From NCBI GenBank assembly GCA_946965045.2, contig OX337240.1:2852001-2916000 (forward strand): a DNA stretch of 64,000 nucleotides. Reading direction: 5' to 3'. Positions 12,826 to 22,101 of this stretch are shown here, in pieces. Below the pieces are notes generated by a model. It ran no database searches, was not told where the DNA came from, and worked only from the letters and a program-made list of their open reading frames with translations. Both the position numbers and the translations under genes were made by a program. This DNA comes from Epithemia pelagica (Eukaryota > Protista > Bacillariophyta). Position 1 is the first letter of the stretch. The number at the start of each line of letters is the position of its first letter.

Positions 12826-14931
12826 TTAGATGCTTTCTTGCATCAGTCGATCTATCAATTCCGCCTTGTTGCCCGAAACTTTTAAACCACGCTTCCGGAG
12901 CATATCTTTGAGTACTGGAACGGTATGTTTGCTTAGCGTGGCTGTTTCCATTCCAGCAGATGCGGAGGTGGGAGGATGGCTTTCAGTGGGCGAACGGCCG
13001 TGTTTCGAGCTTTTCTTCGACGTCTGTGCATAATTTTCAGTTGTGTCTCTTACGTCGTCAACATGTGCGACAATTTCGTCTAGAATTCTTGATTGAGGGG
13101 GGTCAACGCCGTTATCAGCAACGTCGTTCGACTGGAAGGGTATGGTTGCCTCCTTTGATAAAAGACCAGAGAATAAATCCTCGTCTTCTGTTGTAGCCGA
13201 CGAAACTTTTGCTTTCGGTGGTCGTTCCGCAGAACGCAGTGACTCTTCGTTTGGTTTTTTAGGTGTCCTGACTTCGGCCTCTAGCTGTTCAAAGAAATCG
13301 TCGTTGTCAGGAATACTATCGTGAACCGGGGCCACAGAACCCAGTTCGGCTTCGAGCGAAGCAAAGAAATCCTCGTCGTTCCTTTTTCCGCCGTTTTTGT
13401 TATTTCTTCGCACTGAGCTGTTCTCTTGCCCCTTCAAGTCAGAGAGAAGTGAATCAAAGAAATCATCATCGCTCTGTTCGACGTTGTCACTTGGTTTTCC
13501 GTCCTTCGACAACTCTCCCATCAACGACGTGAAGAAATCGTCGTCATCGCTGCCGTTGGAGGACTTCGATTTTTCTGAGGAGGAAGAGGGAGATGAAACG
13601 AAAGCGCTCCAGTCATCATTTTCCTCAATCGCTGCTGTTGCCTGTCTATTATCCCTTTTATTGTTACGAGGTCCATCGAATCTACGCTCTCTGTTCTGGC
13701 GAGGTTGTGGGGCAGAATTCCTACCCCATTTGCGCTCAGTACTACCAATGGCCCAATCCCCGCCTTGGTCTCTACGCGAAGCTGCATTCATACCAACTTG
13801 CCCGTCTGTCACATCATCAGCTCCTCTAGACCGCTGCTGATCTTGATACCAGTTCCAATTTCTTCTTTCGTCGTTGGTTCTCCCAGAATTTCTATCTCTC
13901 CGGAAGTTTCTCTCATTTCGATCCTGTCGACGATTTCGCGGTCCATTTCCTACCATGAAACTTCTGCGTAGATCACTTGAGCCTCTCCTGTCATTCCCGA
14001 ACTGGTTCCTTCTATCATTCCTTTCAAAGTCACTACGAGTGACTGGTTGGCTTGGACCAGATAAGCCCTTTAAAATCTCCATACTTGACAGTTTTCTGAC
14101 ATCTTTGGGATCCATCCATTCTTCGTACATTGAGCCATACGTGTAAAACCGAACAAGAATCTTTCCATCCTTAAGTCGTCTAACAATACCATCTTCATTG
14201 AAGAATTTACCTCTTGCAGTGACTTTGATCATATTGTCAACTTCAAGTCCAAGGTATGCCTTGATAGCATCAGCGTCCAACTTCGGCTTGCGGTCCGGAG
14301 TATCCAGAATCACTCCACCAAAGTCTTCTTCGTCCTCAGTTTCGTCGTCGTCTTCGTACTCTTCCAGACCGAAATCTTCGATTTCCAACTCATTGAGTGG
14401 ACATGGAGCAGGGGGTAGTTTTTTGTGTCCTTTCTGATTCACCGTGCCCATCCAGCTACGGCATAAGTCGAGTGACTGTATCGTCTCATAAACATCTGAA
14501 CAAAGTCTCAACTTTGCAAACACGTAGCCTTGATATTTCACTTTCTTTTCAGTGACCATACGGTTTGCGCCGTGAGATCTGGTTTTCTTCTCTGTTGGAA
14601 CGGCAAATTTGATGGCATCGGGCAGATCTGCACAAGCGTCTCGGCATTGCTTTAGAAGGTCCATCTCTAACCCAGCAACACAGTTGATCAAATACCAATT
14701 CGGCTCAAGGTCATCTTCAATCTCTAGTCGGTCCCAAAGCTTTGCTCGCAACTCAATACGCGGAGATGCCTCTCTTCGACGTCGGAGTGTTGATGGCCTC
14801 TGGTGAAGGGCGTCATGATGGCGACCAGAGTTCTCATATACGTGCGTTGCTACTCCGACAGAGTTGAATGCCTGAGCAAACAGCATATCATGTATTAACA
14901 AACATGGAAGATAAAGAAAATTGCCTCTCAT
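12826..14931 (-). CDS. nusG: Plastid-targeted NusG transcription factor with C-terminal SAP domain
   Basis: Signal peptide ending AQA-F; NGN domain (NWYLINCVAGLE...YQGYVFAKL); KOW (IKVTARGKFFNEDGIV); acidic and Arg-rich linker; SAP motif LSKHTVPVLKDMLRKRGLKVSGNKAELIDRL. Confidence 0.8.
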   Translation of the reverse strand: MRGNFLYLPCLLIHDMLFAQAFNSVGVATHVYENSGRHHDALHQRPSTLRRRREASPRIELRAKLWDRLEIEDDLEPNWYLINCVAGLEMDLLKQCRDACADLPDAIKFAVPTEKKTRSHGANRMVTEKKVKYQGYVFAKLRLCSDVYETIQSLDLCRSWMGTVNQKGHKKLPPAPCPLNELEIEDFGLEEYEDDDETEDEEDFGGVILDTPDRKPKLDADAIKAYLGLEVDNMIKVTARGKFFNEDGIVRRLKDGKILVRFYTYGSMYEEWMDPKDVRKLSSMEILKGLSGPSQPVTRSDFERNDRRNQFGNDRRGSSDLRRSFMVGNGPRNRRQDRNERNFRRDRNSGRTNDERRNWNWYQDQQRSRGADDVTDGQVGMNAASRRDQGGDWAIGSTERKWGRNSAPQPRQNRERRFDGPRNNKRDNRQATAAIEENDDWSAFVSSPSSSSEKSKSSNGSDDDDFFTSLMGELSKDGKPSDNVEQSDDDFFDSLLSDLKGQENSSVRRNNKNGGKRNDEDFFASLEAELGSVAPVHDSIPDNDDFFEQLEAEVRTPKKPNEESLRSAERPPKAKVSSATTEDEDLFSGLLSKEATIPFQSNDVADNGVDPPQSRILDEIVAHVDDVRDTTENYAQTSKKSSKHGRSPTESHPPTSASAGMETATLSKHTVPVLKDMLRKRGLKVSGNKAELIDRLMQESI

Positions 14932-15550
14932 GAGTTTTGGCTTATATGAGAATGCGTTGTCCTTTTTTCTTTCAGCTGATATGATGTTTCTTAACTTTCT
15001 TTGATGGATTGATGGATGTGGTTTTTGCAGATGGACAGTGGACGCAGCAACGTCCAGGCGACTTCTCGCTTACTCCTACTCCTACTACCTCTAGGAGTAG
15101 TAGCTAGTCTATGACAATACCGGCCCTACTCCTACCGATAGTTGCCCGATGTCTTGGATTCGCAAGCCGCGACCAAAATATTAGACTAGATGACGAGTTG
15201 ATCTCGTTACCGGAAGATGGAGTCTCAGATGGAGTCTTGTTACCGGAAGCAGATGAACCGATGCAGCCTCTCGCATTCTCTGCTCCACCACCACCAGGAG
15301 GAGGAATGCAACCCACCCGGACACGAACGATTCAGGGTTGGCGAGAAACAGCCGAGCTCTAGAAGCATCACCACCCCACTGGCAGGTAGCGGACTGGCCT
15401 CCACTGCCATTTGATACAAGTCCGGATCATGCCATTGTGACATCGGTGGTGGTGCACCAGGACCCTGCTGCCGACCACAACCACAACAACAAGACGAGTG
15501 GCACAGCAATAGTCGTTGTACTGTCGAGATAGCAAAATGAATCCAATACC

Positions 15551-16522
15551 ATGGTTCATTTCTTACAAGTGGAGAATGATACTGCTATGGGTGATACTAC
15601 GAACCAGAATGCGCACTGGCGCATCGGACCAAGCATGAACCAAAACGAACGGGTATTTTTTGCGGCTGTGGTCTGTCGTGGGTATCTGTACGCCATTGGT
15701 GGAATCCAACGCAATTCCTACCCCACGGAGTACTACGATACCATGGAACGCATTAACATTCAAGAGTTGCTTGGTTCCTCCTCGAATACAAACAATCCAC
15801 GCGGCTGGACGACGTTGGCGTGTCGCTTGTGGAACAAACGATGCGGCTGCTCGGCGTTTGTGGTACAGGAACGATTTATCGTGGTGGCGGGCGGTTCCAA
15901 TCATGAGAGGAAGAGTCTGGCATCGATTGAGATTTTGGATACTGGTGTGGCGGCATCTGGCGGTGTCGTCGTTCTGGCTGGACCACCCATGACTGTGGGT
16001 CGAGCACATTTTGCCATGACAGTGATTGGGTCACGGCTCTATGCCGTCAGTGGCATGGGACCGGAAGAGGAGTTGTTGAGCTCGGTGGAGTACCTGGAAT
16101 TGGAGGATTGGGTAGAACGACAAGGACCGCAACGCAGCAGCATAACACCCCCCTCCCACAAGGTATCCTCCATTTGGACAAACTCCTGGCGGATCCACCC
16201 ACAGTTGGTTCTGGACACTCCTCGCAATTTCTTTGGAATGGTCCGAGTAGGATCGTGTCTCGTGGTGGCTGGTGGGAACGACCAGGAAGGGAACCGGTTG
16301 CGTGCGGGGCAAGTTCTCAACACAGTAGACAACGTTTCATGGCAGCTGCCAGAAATGATTCAGGAACGGGATGGTTGTACGTTGGTGGCGGCCCATTCCA
16401 CCACTGGCATTGTCGCAATTGGTGGTTCCGACGGTGGAACCTGTGAACGACTGCCATTGGTGGACCAAAAATCGGTCTGTTTTGCTCGTTGCATGGCACT
16501 CGGGAGGGCCCCCACTTTTTGA
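15551..16522 (+). CDS. Kelch-repeat beta-propeller protein (N-terminal part probably disrupted)
   Basis: Repeated R....AV..G.LYAIGG / FIVVAGG / LYAVSG / LVVAGG / IVAIGG with Trp/Pro spacers. The upstream in-frame ORF 15338..15532 (WPPLP...AIVVVLSR) is separated only by TAG 15530-15532. Confidence 0.75.
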   Translation: MVHFLQVENDTAMGDTTNQNAHWRIGPSMNQNERVFFAAVVCRGYLYAIGGIQRNSYPTEYYDTMERINIQELLGSSSNTNNPRGWTTLACRLWNKRCGCSAFVVQERFIVVAGGSNHERKSLASIEILDTGVAASGGVVVLAGPPMTVGRAHFAMTVIGSRLYAVSGMGPEEELLSSVEYLELEDWVERQGPQRSSITPPSHKVSSIWTNSWRIHPQLVLDTPRNFFGMVRVGSCLVVAGGNDQEGNRLRAGQVLNTVDNVSWQLPEMIQERDGCTLVAAHSTTGIVAIGGSDGGTCERLPLVDQKSVCFARCMALGRAPTF

Positions 16523-17045
16523 AGAGAAACCACAGTATTTGTGTCTGCGTCGGTCCCATGAAAGAGTTTGGCAATGGCGCGGTTTGGAGAACCTCGTAGG
16601 TAGATTGGTCCAGAGGTAGGTAGTCTCCTTTTCTCCAAGTACGACGAATCGGTCCTTGCGCTTCTGTGTGTCATGGTATGTGCTGCTTGGAAAGATGTGT
16701 CTATGTGTGCGATCCATCCGTACCAACGAGTTTATTCTTATCTACCTACACGACGGTGGAGACCGTACAGCTGAGTTTGTTCCTCCTTCTCTCTCTCTCT
16801 CCTGTCTCTGGAGCAACCGGCTGGACAGGAGAAATTGTAGATCTATACCGACGATTCGACCCGACCGCAGCATCTACAAGTGACTCTGGACATGGAGCGC
16901 CTTGTGTGGTGTTTTGTTGTGGGAATTCACCACACTGGACACACGGTTCTCGAATCGAGCGTCGACCGACACCACATCCTGTGGGCGTTTGTCATGGGCT
17001 GCAAGAGTCTCCACTCGTAGCGACAGGGTTCTGTCGTCGTTTTCG

Positions 17046-20000
17046 TCATGTCCGTTGCCCACCTGCGGTGCTGCTGCTACTGCTCGTCGAGCGCGCCGTG
17101 TTAGTGGACGACCGCTGATTGTGGTACGTTGTTCGATAATACAAGCCAGCCTTGAGGGTTGGTCCTCCGGCCAGCATGGTCGCCATCATGTGCCAATTGG
17201 TCGGGGAGGCATGTCGTGAGGTTGCATGGGAGGATGATGCCTTGCCACCGCCGCCCAAGGCCATGGTCAAGGACGAAGAGGACCACAAATCAATGCGGGC
17301 GTCGCTTAAAATGTCATCCACCAGAGATAACACGACGCGGGCAATCAAGGTAGCCACTTGCAATCGAATGGAATCGCCACCCAAAAAGACACGTTCATGC
17401 CACTTGTCCAAAAACTTGAGTGATTCGGCCAAATCGGTGGCCGTGGCTTGAACGGCGGCTTCAAAGGCTTGTTGCGAACGAGCGAAATCGTTTTCGTCGT
17501 CCGTGCCGTGAGGAGGATGGTTGTCGCGAGGGTCGTACGAATACGATGCCCCCTGATGCGACCAACGATAATCACCACTGCCGCCGTTGCTGTAGCTCGA
17601 AGAGGATGATGGTTGTGAATGATACTGACTGGATTGTTGCAATCGCTTCATGACATCCTCTTCTGTGATTGGTTTCAAGGCCAATTCCAATTTGTAGCCC
17701 AACAGTTGGAACTCCAATCCTTGCAAGAAATCATCAATGACAGCCGTTATCACTGTCACCAAATTGCCAATCAAGGCCCGTTGCCAAACCAAGGGGAAGA
17801 GCTTGAGCAAGGGCATGGCGACTTGGCATTGACTCAACAATGTTTCGACTACCGCGTATCGTTGGACGGATTCTGCGGCTGTCATGGTTGGTAGTTTCTG
17901 CTTCTTTTGTTTTCGGCTCTTGGACGACGACGAGGAAGACGGTTGTTGTTTCGAAATGGCATTTTCAAATGCCTGACGGGCATAGGAGTCCGCGTTGGAA
18001 TAGAGGCCCGTCGAAGCATGTCCGGAATGGGCCGACGAGGGTCCACTCATAATGGGTGGTTGTTCTGCCTTGATTCCTACATCGGCATGTCCCAAAATAT
18101 TAATTCCATGCAATCCACCCGCCACGCCTCGGGCCAACCCCGCCATGACTTGAAAACAAATTGCCTTGTAGGCCAAATCTTCAATGGTTTGACCCAGTTT
18201 TTCACCCAGCCCTTGAATCCGCAACCATCGACTTCCTCCATCGCCATTGCGATACAATGGTTGCGAGGATGGCAAGGGTTGGGGTCCTCCGTTGGTGCGT
18301 GTCCGACGGCGACGGCGTTCTTCCAAGGACAACCATTCGTCATCATCGTCCAACTCATCGTCCAAATCATCACTGCTCGTTTCGACCAAGTCTCCATTTC
18401 TCCACAAATCCGTATGATTCATTTTCACCAATCGCTCCGAATGAACCAGAACCGAAATGTATTCTTCCACCAAATCATCCGAGGGAAAGTTGAATTCCCG
18501 TTTGGGAGTAATGGATTCAAACAATGACGACGACGACGAGGCGGAAGTAGCTTCCTGTTCCGTGGCTTCATGACGTGCGGTGGACAGTTCGTGGTAGGTG
18601 GAGGCCGTCGTGTAGTTCCACAAGGGATGTAGCAGGTTCAAAATCAAATCCTTTTCCGTCGCCAAATCAGCCATTTGCTGTGACTTTTGGGCCATGAGTC
18701 GATCAATTTCTTTTAACCGAGCCTGTTTCTCCTGTTCCTCGTCCCACTGTTGCTTCTTTTGCTGCAAAATAGTGTCGGCGGATTCGTTGACCTTACTTGT
18801 GGTGGTTTCCTTCTCGGAACGTTTCGAAATCTCCTCCACCTTTGTTTCACTCCCCTCTGTCTTGCTCGTTTGTTTGGACGTGTCGTCGTCATCCTCGTTC
18901 TCGGCAAATTGTACTTCGTCGAGACCAATGGTAGTACGATCACGCGTACTACTACTACTGGGTCGCAACCAGGCGGTCCACCGGGGTCGTCGTCGTTCTT
19001 GTTTGAGTCGTTCTTCTTCTTCCACTCGTGCCACAGTTTCTCGTGCTCGAGCAATGGCTTGCAAGCGTCGTTGTTCGGGTGTCGTCGTCGTCGTCGGTGC
19101 CGTCACAAGGACCAATTCCTCCCCATCCTCCTGCGCTTCGTCGTTTGTCGTGATAGTAGTAGTGGTCAATGACGACGACGTGACGGTGGACTCTTCTGGT
19201 GGTCCTCTGCCATGTGGTGGTTTGCCGCTGAGTACCCCATGCAGACCGGTCCAATGCGCCACGGTTTTGCGCAAGGGCCGTAAGGCAATGGACGGTTTCC
19301 AAAGGTAGTGTTGAATGGGTCCTGGAGCCAAGAGCGCATCCACCCACATCCAGGCGCCGGATGACGTATAGGGTGTCATACTGACCTTGACTGTATGAGT
19401 AGTGGTTGGGGTGTCTGGGGTGGCCAGGACCGAGGAAGAAGAGGAGGTGACGGTGGATGTGGCAGTAGTGGGTGTCTCGGTCGACTTGGTACTACTACTG
19501 CTGCTACTACTGGCTGTATCTGGTTCGATCGACATGGTCGGTTTCTCCCATTCGTTCTTGGGTGGACGGAGATTGTCGCCGGTGTCCTCCTTCTCCTGGG
19601 ACTGCACCATCGAGGTACCTTGAATTACGGGTTGGGTAGAAGCCGAGGCTTGTCTTGTATGGGCGGCGCTGCTAGTCTTCTTCTTTTTCTTCGTTTTGGA
19701 CGACGAAGCTGTTGTTGTTGTGTTTGGGGGTTTTGCATGGGTTTGTTGTTGTTCTTCTTTTTGTTGTTGTTGTTGGGGTGGTGATTCCAAAGCATCCGTC
19801 ATTGGCTTTCTACTCGAGTCCTTCTTCTTCTTTTTTTTGGTTGTGGTTGTTGTTTCGTGTTCAAGGTCCTTTGTTGGTTCCAATCGTAACACCTGGTCAT
19901 TCTGGTTCGACCATTCTGGATTCTCCTCATCCTTGTGGTTGTCCTCGTCGGAATCAGTATCATCATCATCATTCTCATTCAGGAGCTCCCTGGTCTGCCA

Positions 20001-21257
20001 CGTAGGTTGGCGGTCGTCGTCCTGTTCCATGGATACAGAGGTGGTCTCATCCACCACCGCCACATCTGGAGAAGAAGATTCCTTTGGCAAGAGGAGGAGA
20101 TGGTCGGAATCATCCTCCTCATCCTCCTCCTCCTTTTGGTCACGGATATCATTCCTCTCGTCCATTTGACTTGATGTTGTTGTATCCTCCCAACTACTAC
20201 TGGTGTTGGCCGGTGGATTCGTTTCGTCGGGCACACTCGCATCGTCCGGATCGTCGTCCCATCCTGGGGGGTCGTCCACCACCACGACCAGTTGCGGTGG
20301 CACGGTTCCTCGACGACTCGTCGTGGGAATGTGATCCAACCAAGCTTGATTCCACCAAACTTGTTTCCATGAAACGACCGAACTACTACCACCAGAAGGG
20401 TCGTTTGGTGTGGTAGGATCCTCCTCCAACGATTTTGTGGTTGTGGTTGGTTCCATATCCGTCGTCGTTGTCATCCTCGTCGTGCTACTGAACCACGAAC
20501 GTGGATTCCAGAACGACGACGGCGAGGACACCGATGGAGGTGCGGTGGATTCTCGCAAGGGAGGAGGGACCAAGGCCCCTCCACGGTGCGTCGTGCCATT
20601 GGAAAATTCGAGTAACGAGGCTGTATGCCACTCGGTGCGATGCGACCAGAAAGTAGACCACCAGCCTCCCAATGATGGCAGTCGTGTCAAGGAAGAAGGA
20701 GAAGTTGGTTCAGCATCGAGGTTGTCGTGACCGTGTGACAGCAAACCCAAGGGAGTGTGGGTATCATCGGTGTGTTCCGGTGTGGCATCCTTGGACTCCA
20801 TGCCAGGATTTGTCCTCCATGATTCTTCGTCGTCTTCGTCGTCTTCTTCTTCTTGTTTGTCGTTGTCGTCATTATTACCGTCATTGGATCCACCTCCTCC
20901 TCGTAGAGTAAGGATTGTTGGTTGTGGTGCATCCTCCAGTTCCTCGTCCAAGGTGGAACGAAACAAAAAGGACTCCTTCTTTGTCATCTCTCCTCCATGT
21001 TGTTGTGGCGGTTGCTTCGTCTTGTCATCTGAAAGAGCCGTCACTGGCAGTAGCAACAGCAGCACAAAGAGGAGGAGGACTGCCACGAAATAGAGAAGAG
21101 CACGATAGTCTTGGCGTTTGGTGGTCCACACAGTCCCTCGTTTTGGTCTTCTTCTCCTTCCAGTGGACGACGAAGAAAAAGAAGGACCCATCCTTGTGGT
21201 TGTGGATGGTTTCAATTGCTCTATTATTAGATCCTTTTGGAATACCATCAGAAACAC
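17046..21257 (-). CDS. Large hypothetical protein (1403 aa): N-terminal hydrophobic segment, long low-complexity region, coiled coil, helical C-terminal domain
   Basis: Uninterrupted 4.2-kb ORF; ALLYFVAVLLLFVLLLLLPVTA signal/TM; no family recognised. Confidence 0.7.
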   Translation of the reverse strand: MFLMVFQKDLIIEQLKPSTTTRMGPSFSSSSTGRRRRPKRGTVWTTKRQDYRALLYFVAVLLLFVLLLLLPVTALSDDKTKQPPQQHGGEMTKKESFLFRSTLDEELEDAPQPTILTLRGGGGSNDGNNDDNDKQEEEDDEDDEESWRTNPGMESKDATPEHTDDTHTPLGLLSHGHDNLDAEPTSPSSLTRLPSLGGWWSTFWSHRTEWHTASLLEFSNGTTHRGGALVPPPLRESTAPPSVSSPSSFWNPRSWFSSTTRMTTTTDMEPTTTTKSLEEDPTTPNDPSGGSSSVVSWKQVWWNQAWLDHIPTTSRRGTVPPQLVVVVDDPPGWDDDPDDASVPDETNPPANTSSSWEDTTTSSQMDERNDIRDQKEEEDEEDDSDHLLLLPKESSSPDVAVVDETTSVSMEQDDDRQPTWQTRELLNENDDDDTDSDEDNHKDEENPEWSNQNDQVLRLEPTKDLEHETTTTTKKKKKKDSSRKPMTDALESPPQQQQQKEEQQQTHAKPPNTTTTASSSKTKKKKKTSSAAHTRQASASTQPVIQGTSMVQSQEKEDTGDNLRPPKNEWEKPTMSIEPDTASSSSSSSTKSTETPTTATSTVTSSSSSVLATPDTPTTTHTVKVSMTPYTSSGAWMWVDALLAPGPIQHYLWKPSIALRPLRKTVAHWTGLHGVLSGKPPHGRGPPEESTVTSSSLTTTTITTNDEAQEDGEELVLVTAPTTTTTPEQRRLQAIARARETVARVEEEERLKQERRRPRWTAWLRPSSSSTRDRTTIGLDEVQFAENEDDDDTSKQTSKTEGSETKVEEISKRSEKETTTSKVNESADTILQQKKQQWDEEQEKQARLKEIDRLMAQKSQQMADLATEKDLILNLLHPLWNYTTASTYHELSTARHEATEQEATSASSSSSLFESITPKREFNFPSDDLVEEYISVLVHSERLVKMNHTDLWRNGDLVETSSDDLDDELDDDDEWLSLEERRRRRTRTNGGPQPLPSSQPLYRNGDGGSRWLRIQGLGEKLGQTIEDLAYKAICFQVMAGLARGVAGGLHGINILGHADVGIKAEQPPIMSGPSSAHSGHASTGLYSNADSYARQAFENAISKQQPSSSSSSKSRKQKKQKLPTMTAAESVQRYAVVETLLSQCQVAMPLLKLFPLVWQRALIGNLVTVITAVIDDFLQGLEFQLLGYKLELALKPITEEDVMKRLQQSSQYHSQPSSSSSYSNGGSGDYRWSHQGASYSYDPRDNHPPHGTDDENDFARSQQAFEAAVQATATDLAESLKFLDKWHERVFLGGDSIRLQVATLIARVVLSLVDDILSDARIDLWSSSSLTMALGGGGKASSSHATSRHASPTNWHMMATMLAGGPTLKAGLYYRTTYHNQRSSTNTARSTSSSSSTAGGQRT

Positions 21258-22101
21258 TTAAGAAGAATGGCTGTGGAATCAATTGGGGGGGAAAGAAATA
21301 AACAAGCGCTGCTGTCGATTCTTGTGTTTCATGTGTTGTTCATGGTCTCTCTCTCGTTGGCAATTTGAACTGTTCTTCTCGCGGTTGAAGACTTGGAAGC
21401 TTGTCACTTGTCACAGCATATATATTTTACTGTGGCATATGTGTCATGTGGCATGTGTCGCGCCCTCCTCTCCAACACAATGCGGTGCGGGGAGCGGACG
21501 AAGGTCAGACTACTTCCACGTGTCATCCATAATCGTCAGTCCGTCGTCCCACGCTACCACAATATGCACCGTGTGCGCTCTCTAATACCTCTATACCTAC
21601 TTGTAGTATCGAGTAGCTACTACTCCTAGAGAATAGGACCATTGCCACAACCATGGACTTTGCAAAACAACAATGGACTTCCCAAACGCCTAGGTACCAA
21701 GGTTCGCAACGACTCTCCTACGATTGCGTGTGGACGATCGGCGCATGTCTCATCGTCGTCGTCGTCCTCGCGGGCCCCGGCAATGCCATGGACGACAGGC
21801 TCTCTACTAAGGGGCACCGTACGCAATTATTTGTCGCTCCCACTGGTGTGACTTGAACTCGTGGAATTGAGACAAGGAAATGTCAATTCGTCATTGCCTG
21901 TCTTCTTGAAGGGCGCGTGTTGGCTCCGAGGCGTTCACAGAGGTCTTAGGAAGTGTCGTGTCTTGAGGCCAAGTCCTCGTAATGGTTGATGAACGCTAGG
22001 GGGTGAAAAGATGCAGGAAGTGCATTCCAACGACGACGAGACGACGACTTTTGACCTCAACGAGCCATCAAGTGACCAACATTGCTCTTCCAGAACCGAC
22101 A

